Source: a virus. Taken from it: a stretch of 64,000 nt of DNA. The notes below the pieces were generated by a model. The model saw only the letters and a program-made list of their open reading frames with translations. It did not search any database and had not been told where the DNA came from. Both the position numbers and the translations under genes were made by a program. The stretch is from IMG/VR virus record IMGVR_UViG_3300032020_000002, one strand, 5' to 3'. Positions 38,213 to 47,684 of this stretch are shown here, in pieces. The number at the start of each line of letters is the position of its first letter. Position 1 is the first letter of the stretch.

Positions 38213-38496
38213 TCATCCACTCCCGTTTTTTTCATAATTTCATTTATTGCCTTCAAGTGAACTGCCACTTCTTTCCCGATTGGCGACAAAAACCACTGTT
38301 TTTGGTTTCTGTCATTAAACCCATTACATTCTATCAGCTTCATATCTTTTGCCATTCCGAGATAATTGTAATAAGTAAGCGTTGTAAAAAATGGCTTGGT
38401 TGTTTTTGTCACAAACCCCTCTTTATCAATATGAAGTAATAGTTTAATCAATTTCGGTGAAAATTCAATCGTCATGTGATAAATTTTGTAATGCAA
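38209..38496 (-). CDS. hypothetical small protein
   Basis: ATGA overlap. Confidence 0.45.
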   Translation of the reverse strand: MHYKIYHMTIEFSPKLIKLLLHIDKEGFVTKTTKPFFTTLTYYNYLGMAKDMKLIECNGFNDRNQKQWFLSPIGKEVAVHLKAINEIMKKTGVDE

Positions 38497-38592
38497 TCTT
38501 AAAAAGGAATATGTTTTTTAACAGCACTCCTATATTTTTTCCATATCGCCTCTTTATTAATCATGTGATTAATTCTAATTTGGTGAAACATC

Positions 38593-38796
38593 ATGGCAGT
38601 AGCAGAAGCAGTTAAGGACAAGATAGTTTCCGTTTTGGGACTTATCGTGGTTCTTATCGCTGTAGCACAGATGCTTCCCACTTTGAAGACAGGTCTCGCC
38701 AGCATCACACCCGATGTCCCTATACTATCGTTCACGCTGATAGGGCTTCTGGTCGGTATTGGGCTGATAATCTTCGTTGTGGAAGCTGTGTTTTAA
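38593..38796 (+). CDS. small two-helix hydrophobic protein (archaeal-virus capsid-like), paralog A
   Basis: 67 aa; ~85% identical to 38888..39091. Confidence 0.6.
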   Translation: MAVAEAVKDKIVSVLGLIVVLIAVAQMLPTLKTGLASITPDVPILSFTLIGLLVGIGLIIFVVEAVF

Positions 38797-38887
38797 GCAG
38801 ATAAAGACCAGTCCAGAAATCGTTGGGTAAAACCAACATGAAACCTTTGTTTAATTTAAAATTTAAAATTTAGTAGAGAGGAAAAAC

Positions 38888-39091
38888 ATGGCAGTAGCAG
38901 AAGCAGTAAAAGATAAGATTGTGTCCGTATTGGGTCTCATCGTAGTCCTGATTGCGGTAGCACAGATGCTTCCGACCCTGAAAGATGGTTTAGCGGTAAT
39001 AACACCAGATGTCCCCATTTTGAGCTTCGGGCTGATTGGGATGCTGGTCGGTATTGGGCTAATCATCTTCGTTGTCGAAGCGGTATTCTAA
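38888..39091 (+). CDS. small two-helix hydrophobic protein, paralog B
   Basis: tandem duplicate; SD GAGAGGAAAAAC upstream. Confidence 0.6.
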   Translation: MAVAEAVKDKIVSVLGLIVVLIAVAQMLPTLKDGLAVITPDVPILSFGLIGMLVGIGLIIFVVEAVF

Positions 39092-39216
39092 AGCAGAATA
39101 CCACCCAATTACATTTTTTCAGTCTTTTTTCTATCTTTTTGCTCGAAGTAATTGTTATCTGTAACGCAAGTAACTGCAACGCAATAACATTTAAATATAC
39201 CAATTAAAACAAATAT

Positions 39217-41835
39217 ATGCGATATTACATTATATTAGTCACGGCTATGATTTTTAGCTTCCTATTCCTGCAAAATGCACAGGCATCATGGACATATTAT
39301 TCTGTTGGGGCAGATGTCGGTGATGCTTCGCACACAACTATCGTGCCACCAATTGCGCCATATGCTCCCATTACTTGTTCTCATACATTCACAGAATATG
39401 CCAGCATAGGAGCAAACTCATTTCCTTATACTGCGAGCTTCCAATGGTATTCACCAGACAATACTCTGCTTTTGAATTTCCCAGCCGAATACACTTCAAA
39501 TCTCTCTTGTATGCTGATAGGTAGTCAGACGACCTCAAACCGCAGGAATAATTCCTTGACATATGAATCAAAGACAACGATGACAACAAGCGCAACAACT
39601 CATGGCACATGGGTTCTTGATACATATACCTGTTCCGACCCACCGAACAACAAACTGGTTATCGCCAACAATGGTTCTATTAAGGATTACTATGGAAACT
39701 ATCTTTGGGGATACACAACAGTCTTTTCATGTGCAAACTTTGGAGGATGCAGTCTTCCCACAGAATCGTTAATGCTTAATACGGTAATAGACCGCATAAA
39801 TAAATTCTATTATGGGATGAAAAACACCCCGAAAACTTGCCCGACAGGAACATCAATAACTAATTCTTATGAAGGCTCAACAGGCGCAACATTAGGAACT
39901 GCGGGTCAAATCAAACTCGCCTCTTGGTATATTGTTCCGTTTTATAATTATTATGCAAGTCAGGTCAACATCTCTGTATTAGAAGCAACAAATTATTTTA
40001 CCAGTTTAACAGGTTGCGCCACCCCTTCTTACACCATATACGATTATGATACTGTGGCAAACACGACCACACTCCTTTCATCCACAGCCCCCTATAATGG
40101 ACAACTGACATTAAGCAGAAACAGGGAACATATGCTTTTCATAAAAAAAGAATGTTGGGGAAGCAGAGGAGATTTCGGATTCGCAATATATGGCAATTAT
40201 AGCGATTATAACATTTCTGTCAATACATATCAGCCAAACCTAAACTGCACGGCTTGGGGTGCTTGTGTAAGCAACCAGCAAACAAGATACTGCGAAGACT
40301 TAAATCATTTAATTGACCCATTCATAGACCAGAGAAGTTGTTTTAGTTATGCACAACAGTCATATTTCTTGGGATTTGACACATACACATCAACAAAGTC
40401 ATGGTATTGCACACAAGGCACAGGGCTTTTCATCCCTCCCATAACTTTCCTCGGTTGTGCAAGAGACCCGCTTTTGCGGGATAGGAAAACCCCGTCAGGA
40501 TGGTTAAGGGGAGGGCAGTTCATCACAGACACTTACGGAAATAGCGGATGGATAGAAGATTACATTGATGTTAGCGAAAGCACATATTATGCACCAGACG
40601 AAGGTGGCATCGAGACGAGCCTGAAAATGTGGTATTTGCCGAGAAAGACATATCTGCCAGTATGGAATGCCACAGGGGACAACAGGGTTTGGTGCAACGA
40701 AACAACGGAAGGACAAGTCGGTTCGGTTTACAAGGACATCAATAACACTTTCTGGATAGCAAGAAATGTAACAGCATTTAGCCCATATATGTCGTTGAGT
40801 TACAGGGTAAGAAGTTGCGATTCGGCTGAAACACAGACAACTGGTGGCTTTTCATGCTGGTCTGGTTGCCAGTGGTTCGGCACTTGCGCCAATATAGGCG
40901 TTTGCAATTACACAGGAACAGACCTATACACTTGGAACGGTTGCCCCGAAAAGCCAAAAGCATCATTAGGAATTAGGGTAAAGGATTTGGACACTGGAAT
41001 ATATCCATTGCAAATAGTCATCCCAGACGACAAAATACCAGCATTTTTTCCCACCGACCCCTTCGTTGGAACAGGGTATCAAGAACACAGAATGAACAAT
41101 TTGACATATAATCACACCTATGAAATAACATTTGCAGTCCCTCCACCCAACGGTCTTCAGGAAAAAGACGCTTACTGCGTTTATCTCGATGATGTCAACA
41201 TAAATTTCAGGAACGAACCATTCATCTGCGGTGGCTCGCAGTGCTATGACGACTATAATACAAATGGAATCAACGATTATACTTTCGTTCAAGTAACGCC
41301 GTTGTCATCAAACAGTTGCACCATCGAGACCACCTGCATGGATACGGCGTGTGTCCCCAATAAGCTGGCTACGGATGTCCAACAGATGTTGCTCGGCAGA
41401 CAGAATTATACCTGCGATGGAACTACTTACATAACGATAAACCCGACCACAAGGGAATGCTCATACCTTCAGGACAATGCAATATGCATAGCACAACAGG
41501 AACAAGAACAGGCAGGGGAGAACATGACAAATGTGAACGATTACCTATGTTCACTCATCAACTCATCTGGGTTCGATGTTTGTGATACAGCAAAAAAGGC
41601 AGGCTTCTCATTCGCTTTCAGCACAATCTTCATAGTTTTCCTGATTGACTTGGCGATAGGCAGTTTGTTGGCATTCAAAATAAAGCACTGGGAAGTGTTA
41701 CCAATCACTTTAATTGGGTTAATGCTAATAGAAACATTATTCGGCGTTTTCCCAGCATGGTTCGCAATATTGTTCGGCGTATTTTTGGCATTGTTCTTGG
41801 CTGAATTCATTGCAAGAAGATACAGGGGTGGATAG
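39217..41835 (+). CDS. giant Cys/N-glycosylation-rich surface protein with C-terminal TM helices
   Basis: signal peptide; many NxS/T; C-terminal double TM. Confidence 0.65.
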   Translation: MRYYIILVTAMIFSFLFLQNAQASWTYYSVGADVGDASHTTIVPPIAPYAPITCSHTFTEYASIGANSFPYTASFQWYSPDNTLLLNFPAEYTSNLSCMLIGSQTTSNRRNNSLTYESKTTMTTSATTHGTWVLDTYTCSDPPNNKLVIANNGSIKDYYGNYLWGYTTVFSCANFGGCSLPTESLMLNTVIDRINKFYYGMKNTPKTCPTGTSITNSYEGSTGATLGTAGQIKLASWYIVPFYNYYASQVNISVLEATNYFTSLTGCATPSYTIYDYDTVANTTTLLSSTAPYNGQLTLSRNREHMLFIKKECWGSRGDFGFAIYGNYSDYNISVNTYQPNLNCTAWGACVSNQQTRYCEDLNHLIDPFIDQRSCFSYAQQSYFLGFDTYTSTKSWYCTQGTGLFIPPITFLGCARDPLLRDRKTPSGWLRGGQFITDTYGNSGWIEDYIDVSESTYYAPDEGGIETSLKMWYLPRKTYLPVWNATGDNRVWCNETTEGQVGSVYKDINNTFWIARNVTAFSPYMSLSYRVRSCDSAETQTTGGFSCWSGCQWFGTCANIGVCNYTGTDLYTWNGCPEKPKASLGIRVKDLDTGIYPLQIVIPDDKIPAFFPTDPFVGTGYQEHRMNNLTYNHTYEITFAVPPPNGLQEKDAYCVYLDDVNINFRNEPFICGGSQCYDDYNTNGINDYTFVQVTPLSSNSCTIETTCMDTACVPNKLATDVQQMLLGRQNYTCDGTTYITINPTTRECSYLQDNAICIAQQEQEQAGENMTNVNDYLCSLINSSGFDVCDTAKKAGFSFAFSTIFIVFLIDLAIGSLLAFKIKHWEVLPITLIGLMLIETLFGVFPAWFAILFGVFLALFLAEFIARRYRGG

Positions 41836-41836
41836 A

Positions 41837-42154
41837 ATGCGTTTCAAAGGACAAGGATTGACATCAGAAGGGTTTCTCCTTTCTTATACAACTTTCATAA
41901 TGATAGTCGTTTACTTTAGCGGTCTCATAGGTCAGGCGATACTTACAGGTGTCCCAGAAAAGCCGACAGCGACAGGGGACACATTCATGGACGCTTTAAC
42001 AAATTTCATATCACCTTTCACTTATTTCATAGCACTTTTGACGACAGACGCAATTCCAGAATTCAAGTCAATAATGGCAATATTAATAACACCAGCAGTA
42101 GTGATGCTGATATTCATAATAGCAAAACATTTGCCAGTCATAGGAACTGGGTGA
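41837..42154 (+). CDS. small integral membrane protein
   Basis: three hydrophobic segments. Confidence 0.45.
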   Translation: MRFKGQGLTSEGFLLSYTTFIMIVVYFSGLIGQAILTGVPEKPTATGDTFMDALTNFISPFTYFIALLTTDAIPEFKSIMAILITPAVVMLIFIIAKHLPVIGTG

Positions 42155-42163
42155 TTATAATTG

Positions 42164-44842
42164 ATGAAAAACACAGCATTTTTGGCAATTTTGGTTTTTT
42201 CAGCAGTATTTTTAGTTTCAATTAACCTTTCATCATCTTCCTCATTTTCAACCAAAACCATTGAGGGCAACATCAAATTCATAGAATTGCCTGTCAGCGA
42301 TTTCCCGTATGAAATACCTATAAAATTCCAACCGACAGAAGGAGTCTCAAAAATACTCAATATGGAAATAGAATTGCAGGGGGATTTCCAGTTCGTATCT
42401 TCGGCAACCACATCAGTGTATGTAAAGGTCAACGGATTCGACTGCGACCCAAGAGTTTGGTCAGTTCCAGCTTTCAATGTGGCTGGATACAAGATGTATT
42501 TCGACTGCACGAACACGATGTCACCAACAACAGACATGAATATAATCCTTGTCATAAGTAGCAATGAAATCAAACAAAATATTGTAAGGAATGTCAAAGG
42601 GAAATATAGGATAACATACATAGACAACACCGATTTGCCGAGTGAAGTTGCAAGAGAAGTGTCAAAACCAGCATTGTCGTTTTTCGGGACTGAATACAAT
42701 GTAGGTGAAAACGGGACAATGTTCTTGCAATTGCTCGATACAAATTTAAATCCAATAAACAATGGCTATTGCCAAATAACGGCATATTATCCAGACAAGA
42801 CATATTACCTTAATAGTGTCCCGATGACTTTCTTGGATAGGGGAATATATTACAGGGATTTCATAGCACCATCAATAACTGGCGTATATATACTCAACGC
42901 TTACTGCTTTTATTCAGATGTCGAGTATTATTTCGATTTGCCTTATAATTTATCATATGATGGAAGCAAGCTCTTCGACAGCACAGACCAGCCAGTGAAT
43001 GTCCAGAATACCGACTGCACTTTATTCGCAACCGAAGGTGGTCGCTATCAGGAATACATTTTCAACCAGTCGGAAATAGGCAACATAAACCTTTCCGCAA
43101 TAACCGCATTGGATTTGCTCTGGGTCGGGCAGAACGACAAGACAAACAATTACTTGCAGATTTGGAATTTCACAAGCAGTAGTTGGGTGAGTGTCGGTAG
43201 CAGTTTCGACCAAGCACCAACCCTCTCAAAGTGCGAAGACAGCAGGGGTTTCACGAAAACTCTTGCATACGGCTTCAACAATGTTGTAAGCGGAAATGTG
43301 GTGAAATTCAGATTTTATGGCGGTCAGACTGAAAAAATATACACAGACCAAGCAAACATAATATTCCATAATAATGGTTCTATCGTATCGGATATAAGGG
43401 GTTCAGGAGAATTGCACATATCAGACAGATTCAGCAACCTGACTGGTGCTGTTTTCAACATAACGCAGAACATACAATACAACCAGTCAACACTCATAGA
43501 GAATATGTGGAACTTCACAAACAGGACACTGGATGAATTCAAGCTAATCTTTGTAAGCGGGACTGAATACATAAGCGGGGAAAGGGGAATCTCCTCGGCG
43601 CAGTTTTTGAAAGGCGGAGACCCAGTAATTGACGGAAGTTGCTCTGTTTCCATTTTCTACCCAAATGATACAATCTTTGTCAGATACCAGAACACCAATT
43701 ACCTTACAAATAGCAACGGAATATACAGATACAATTTCACAGTTCCAAATACCGAAGGCGTTTACGATGTAGATTTCAACTGCTCAAGAGGAGGCAATGT
43801 CGTTTACATAGCTGGAAGTTTCCATGTGGCTTCTTGGGCTAATTCAATCATTCAGATAAATACAACCATAGTCAACCTATCCGCAATAATGAACAAGCTA
43901 AACGAAATACAGGTAAATATAAGCTCAATAAATTCATCAATATATAACATCGTTTCAAGCACAAACCAGTCAATAATGAACAAATTATACATGATGCAAG
44001 GCGAACTGGCTGGAATATACAACATAAGCCTTCAGATAAACCAAACGGTATCAAATTTCAGCGTCAATTTAACGCCAGTTCTGGATTTAATCAGCGAAGT
44101 GAACATTTCCATCAACAACAGGCTAAATGACATAAACTCATCAATTTTCACCAAATTATACGCCATACAAGGAGATTTGTCGGACATAGTAAGCAGGCTC
44201 ATCAACCTCACAAGTCTTGTGGAAGGCACAAATTCAAGCATTATGAATAAGCTGTATGGGATACAGTCGGAAATAACAGGTCTCGGAAACCAAATAGATG
44301 CAGTCAATAACACAGTAATGATGAAATTATATCTGATGCAGGATGAGATAGCTTCGGTCAATAACACCGTTATCCAGTCAAACCAGAGCATTATGAACAA
44401 GCTCTACCTGATACAAGACGATTTGGAAAACCTGTTAAACAACCTAACAAACCAGCTTGCAAATGTATCGAACCTGACATTCAACATAACGACAGACCTC
44501 AAAACAGTAGCAACAGATGTCTGGGAACTGTTCTTCATAAGGGGAACGCCACCATTAGCACCTTCAACTGATTACTACTGTAAGATAGATGACCCGAACA
44601 CACTGGTGAAGAACATAACATATGATTATAGGGGGCAGGCATTTGGCGGGTATTTCACAAAAACAGAGGATGTCCATTGTTCCTATGGGTGCGTCAACGG
44701 GACAATCTTTAGCACACAGGCATACTGCGACTATGACCCGACCACAAAAATCGGGGTGGCAATTGCCGTCATCGTGGCGCTGATGGTGATAACATGGTTC
44801 GTATTAAGGTCAAAAGAAGAAGGTGGTGTTTCATATGAGTAA
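42164..44842 (+). CDS. giant surface protein with signal peptide, internal ~40-aa NKLY-x-QxE repeats and C-terminal TM anchor
   Basis: five repeats (SIMNKLYMMQGEL, TKLYAIQGDL, MNKLYGIQSEI, MMKLYLMQDEI, MNKLYLIQDDL). Confidence 0.65.
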   Translation: MKNTAFLAILVFSAVFLVSINLSSSSSFSTKTIEGNIKFIELPVSDFPYEIPIKFQPTEGVSKILNMEIELQGDFQFVSSATTSVYVKVNGFDCDPRVWSVPAFNVAGYKMYFDCTNTMSPTTDMNIILVISSNEIKQNIVRNVKGKYRITYIDNTDLPSEVAREVSKPALSFFGTEYNVGENGTMFLQLLDTNLNPINNGYCQITAYYPDKTYYLNSVPMTFLDRGIYYRDFIAPSITGVYILNAYCFYSDVEYYFDLPYNLSYDGSKLFDSTDQPVNVQNTDCTLFATEGGRYQEYIFNQSEIGNINLSAITALDLLWVGQNDKTNNYLQIWNFTSSSWVSVGSSFDQAPTLSKCEDSRGFTKTLAYGFNNVVSGNVVKFRFYGGQTEKIYTDQANIIFHNNGSIVSDIRGSGELHISDRFSNLTGAVFNITQNIQYNQSTLIENMWNFTNRTLDEFKLIFVSGTEYISGERGISSAQFLKGGDPVIDGSCSVSIFYPNDTIFVRYQNTNYLTNSNGIYRYNFTVPNTEGVYDVDFNCSRGGNVVYIAGSFHVASWANSIIQINTTIVNLSAIMNKLNEIQVNISSINSSIYNIVSSTNQSIMNKLYMMQGELAGIYNISLQINQTVSNFSVNLTPVLDLISEVNISINNRLNDINSSIFTKLYAIQGDLSDIVSRLINLTSLVEGTNSSIMNKLYGIQSEITGLGNQIDAVNNTVMMKLYLMQDEIASVNNTVIQSNQSIMNKLYLIQDDLENLLNNLTNQLANVSNLTFNITTDLKTVATDVWELFFIRGTPPLAPSTDYYCKIDDPNTLVKNITYDYRGQAFGGYFTKTEDVHCSYGCVNGTIFSTQAYCDYDPTTKIGVAIAVIVALMVITWFVLRSKEEGGVSYE

Positions 44843-45008
44843 AATTTTTTATTATCCCCTCGTCTTGGCACTTTTCATATTTTTCCTTGCCTTTGTGAAT
44901 TCACTCGTATTCCTTCAATCATCACAACTAAAAATACTCAATTTAGGCACTGTGGTAGTTTTCATCATGTGGCTCGCAATCTCGGTAATTCACTGGGGAA
45001 GAGACTGA
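44835..45008 (+). CDS. small membrane protein
   Basis: two TM helices. Confidence 0.4.
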   Translation: MSKIFYYPLVLALFIFFLAFVNSLVFLQSSQLKILNLGTVVVFIMWLAISVIHWGRD

Positions 45009-45403
45009 ACTGGTTTGCCGAATGTCTTTAGCCTTTTCTCCTGCCCGTATTTTTCATCAAACTTCTTCTGCATATCGCCATATGATAGCGATATTTCCCC
45101 CGAAATCCATCCTAAAAAAAAGTAATGTAAAATATCTATGACCATTTCCCTGACATTGCATTTGCAGTCCTTTGCCACGATTTCAAGGAAATTCTTCATC
45201 CTCTCCTCGACCACTATGAATATCACTTCATTCTTCATCGTCTTTTCCGTGTTGTTGCCTTTCAGCGTGTCAAGGTAGAAGTTCTCAATCAGCTTGGTCA
45301 TTATGTCAGTCTTGTCATAAGGCTTGTCTTTCGTGTAATCGTTCAAGAAATCGTAAAGGTATTTCTTTATCCTGAAGCTAACATTTCTCTCCTTCTTCGT
45401 CAT
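44990..45403 (-). CDS. hypothetical protein
   Basis: ORF track. Confidence 0.5.
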   Translation of the reverse strand: MTKKERNVSFRIKKYLYDFLNDYTKDKPYDKTDIMTKLIENFYLDTLKGNNTEKTMKNEVIFIVVEERMKNFLEIVAKDCKCNVREMVIDILHYFFLGWISGEISLSYGDMQKKFDEKYGQEKRLKTFGKPVQSLPQ

Positions 45404-45453
45404 ATGATTGATAAATGGGGCAAGGATTTAAAAGTGTAATGCATATTTCAATT

Positions 45454-45641
45454 AGCGGGGTATTCTCAACGGCAGAGGGTCGGTCTCATAGCCAAGCGGG
45501 TTTGGAAAGGGGAAAACATTGAAGGTAAAACTTCACGGTGGGAGACCCAGAACCCTTCCAGTAAAAGGTGTGTGAGAACCAAAGCACGATAACCTGTGGT
45601 GTGAAAACCGAAGGCTGGAAGTTCAACTCTTCCCCCCGCTA
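45454..45641 (+). tRNA. tRNA(CAU) (Met or Ile2) with 115-nt intron at canonical 37/38 position (intron 45491-45605)
   Basis: acceptor AGCGGGG/CCCCGCT, anticodon stem TCGGT/ACCGA, loop CUCAUA|intron|A, T-arm GGAAG-TTCAACT-CTTCC; CCA not encoded. Confidence 0.6.
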
Positions 45642-45689
45642 TGCCAAAACGCATTACAATTGAATAAATATCACCGATACATATTTCTT

Positions 45690-46110
45690 ATTAGGTGATT
45701 TAAAATGGCAGGAATTAGACTTCAGGAAGCAGGTAAGGCAATAGTGTATCAGTCAGTTCCTTGGTCAAAGCATCTCACCAGCTTGAAGACAGAGAGCTTC
45801 CCCAAGGGGGCAGTTCCTCCGCACCTTGTGAAGTATCTTTTCAAGGCAGGCGGTCTTCCAGCCGAGTGTGCGAAAAAGACTGAGGGTCTGAAAGGTTCTA
45901 CGAGGGTAACAGCCATGAATGCCTGCGTTTCCGCAAGGAAAAAGCTCGGCAAGGTCATGTAATTACAAGCAAGAACCTAAAGTTGACGGGACTGAACAGA
46001 GGTTGGTAGAGATACCCTGTGTATCGCCCAAATAGCCTAAAGGCGAAAGGGCGTTGCGGGGCTTTGGAGCAATGGCTCGGTCTCTTCCTGTCTGTAATGA
46101 AACCCACTCA
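45690..46110 (+). ncRNA. GC-rich island; candidate structured RNA (SRP-RNA-like CAGGAAGCAGGUAAGGCA motif), strand uncertain
   Basis: ~52% GC over 45750-45960; motif resembles conserved SRP domain IV GGAAGCAGCCAAGGCAG; overlaps track ORF 45705..45962. Confidence 0.3.
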
Positions 46111-46148
46111 ACTAAACCTTTTTAAGTTAGACTTTGTTATATTTTTTT

Positions 46149-46343
46149 ATGACGCATGAAAAATCAATTCAGGTTTCTGACGATTTGATAGCTGGAAGAG
46201 CCATAGCCGATTGTCCAGACATGAGAGAACTGGTCAGAAAAGTGAAAAAGGGCGAACTTCCAAAAGAAGACCTGATAGATGTCGTTGATATTTCTTTGGA
46301 TGAACAGGAAAAAATGGAAAAATTAAAAAAATATATCCTGTAG
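46149..46343 (+). CDS. small acidic protein (ends KLKKYIL)
   Basis: ATG within track ORF 46134. Confidence 0.45.
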   Translation: MTHEKSIQVSDDLIAGRAIADCPDMRELVRKVKKGELPKEDLIDVVDISLDEQEKMEKLKKYIL

Positions 46344-46344
46344 T

Positions 46345-46575
46345 TTACAGCGTCTTTTCGCTTAACATCTTTTTAGCCCGTTCCTCTACCCTTAAATTGT
46401 CTATCTCCTTTCTTATATCCCTTTGCTTGTCCAATAATTCTTGGGCAGTTTCACGCAGTTCTGGGTCATCTTTACTGGCTGAAACGAGGTCTTCCCCATG
46501 ATGCTCCATTCTCTGTGCGTGTTTGCTCATACATTCGAGGCAGTAAGGCTTATTCATGTAATCTTTTTCAGGCAT
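46345..46575 (-). CDS. small zinc-finger/coiled-coil protein
   Basis: internal ATG of track ORF 46345..46800; CLECMSKH. Confidence 0.45.
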   Translation of the reverse strand: MPEKDYMNKPYCLECMSKHAQRMEHHGEDLVSASKDDPELRETAQELLDKQRDIRKEIDNLRVEERAKKMLSEKTL

Positions 46576-46633
46576 CAATTCACCTCCTTTTGCATTACAA
46601 TTATATTTTAGTATCCCGACCTTTATATTAATT

Positions 46634-46795
46634 ATGACTTTCGACTTTCCAATAAAGAAGAAATTCAAGCTCACTATGGGAGGGTTGCCTATAGCTACTT
46701 TTGAAAGTAGGGACACGGCAGAACTTGGCAAACTGATATGGGGAGCTTCTAATAGGGAAATGGCAGAGCTTAAAATCAACGAAGTTGTGGGTTGA
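46634..46795 (+). CDS. array gene; ends KINEVVG
   Basis: hand-translated 53 aa; TGATG junction. Confidence 0.45.
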   Translation: MTFDFPIKKKFKLTMGGLPIATFESRDTAELGKLIWGASNREMAELKINEVVG

Positions 46796-47016
46796 TGCAA
46801 CAGACAGAATTAGCCACAGTTACAGAGTTAGGCGAGATTGGTAAAGCTGAAGCGTTCTCCGAAGAGGAACTCAAGAAAATCAAGGAAATGTTTGACCTTT
46901 TTACTTCCGCTTATGCAAAGGTGGCAGTCCCGTTTCTCGTATTCGACAGAAAAGAAGTGAAACAGAAGTTTTTAAAGTCAAAAAAACTGCTCGAAGAGGT
47001 GGTTTCCAGTGGTTAA
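46795..47016 (+). CDS. array gene; ends LLEEVVSSG
   Basis: ORF track. Confidence 0.5.
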   Translation: MQQTELATVTELGEIGKAEAFSEEELKKIKEMFDLFTSAYAKVAVPFLVFDRKEVKQKFLKSKKLLEEVVSSG

Positions 47017-47245
47017 AATCGAAGCACATTCCCTATTCGGAAAAAAGCCACTCATTCAGGAGCAGGAAGAGCTTTATTTCACATTTGGGAACTTGAGCAA
47101 AGGGATTTTATGGGCAGACCCCAGAATAGCTGAAACATACTACGCCGAAAGCCTTTTAAGGGCATTTTCGCCAAAATCAAGGAGAAAAAATGCAATTAGG
47201 CAGTTCAACAAAGCACTTTTCCTGTTCAACAGTATAGTCGGCTAA
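47009..47245 (+). CDS. array gene; ends NSIVG
   Basis: ORF track. Confidence 0.5.
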   Translation: MVKIEAHSLFGKKPLIQEQEELYFTFGNLSKGILWADPRIAETYYAESLLRAFSPKSRRKNAIRQFNKALFLFNSIVG

Positions 47246-47247
47246 AA

Positions 47248-47275
47248 CGCATTACCAACAAATATTAACTTAAAT
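47248..47275 (+). promoter_or_regulatory. promoter class 2 (AAACGCATTACCAAC...TTAAATATTAATAAA)
   Basis: upstream of ATG 47291. Confidence 0.4.
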
Positions 47276-47290
47276 ATTAATAAACTTTTC

Positions 47291-47671
47291 ATGGCGGGAT
47301 TTAAGCTACATTTTCGTGACGGCAAACTCGTAGTCCATGAGGCAAAAGTCATTGAAGAGAAGCTCGAAGGGATGTTCAAGCACATAGCCAAAATTCGCAA
47401 GGAAAACGCAGAAAAAATCAAAGAAAGGTATTACAAATATGTTCCCAAGTGGGTAAGGGACAAGATTGAGGAAGAAGCACCTTATGTTGAAGCACCAGCG
47501 CTTGCAATGCTTATGGCTTTGAATGCGCCGATGGGTGTATTCACCTGTTTTGTCCTTGGCAGTGAGATACCAGCATTCGCTTCGCATTGCGAAATAGTCG
47601 CAAAGCATAAAAAAGAGGCAGAACAGGCAAAAGCGAGAGCCGAAAGACAGTTAAAGCAGGCATTCGGCTAA
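47291..47671 (+). CDS. array gene; ends LKQAFG
   Basis: ORF track. Confidence 0.5.
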   Translation: MAGFKLHFRDGKLVVHEAKVIEEKLEGMFKHIAKIRKENAEKIKERYYKYVPKWVRDKIEEEAPYVEAPALAMLMALNAPMGVFTCFVLGSEIPAFASHCEIVAKHKKEAEQAKARAERQLKQAFG

Positions 47672-47684
47672 ATCTTCAACGAAA

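Noticed and set aside
20200-45450. Integrated provirus bounded by tRNA genes
   Set aside because: The flanking tRNAs are different genes rather than a duplicated att fragment. No tyrosine or serine recombinase gene was recognised anywhere in the window.
45491-45605. C/D-box guide RNA inside the tRNA(CAU) intron
   Set aside because: No RUGAUGA (C box) or CUGA (D box) motifs are present in the intron.
45705-45962. 85-aa ORF MAGIRLQEAGK...KLGKVM as a confident protein gene
   Set aside because: It lies in a sharply GC-rich island next to a tRNA, lacks the usual TAAATG junction downstream, and overlaps an SRP-like motif. It is kept only as an uncertain alternative.
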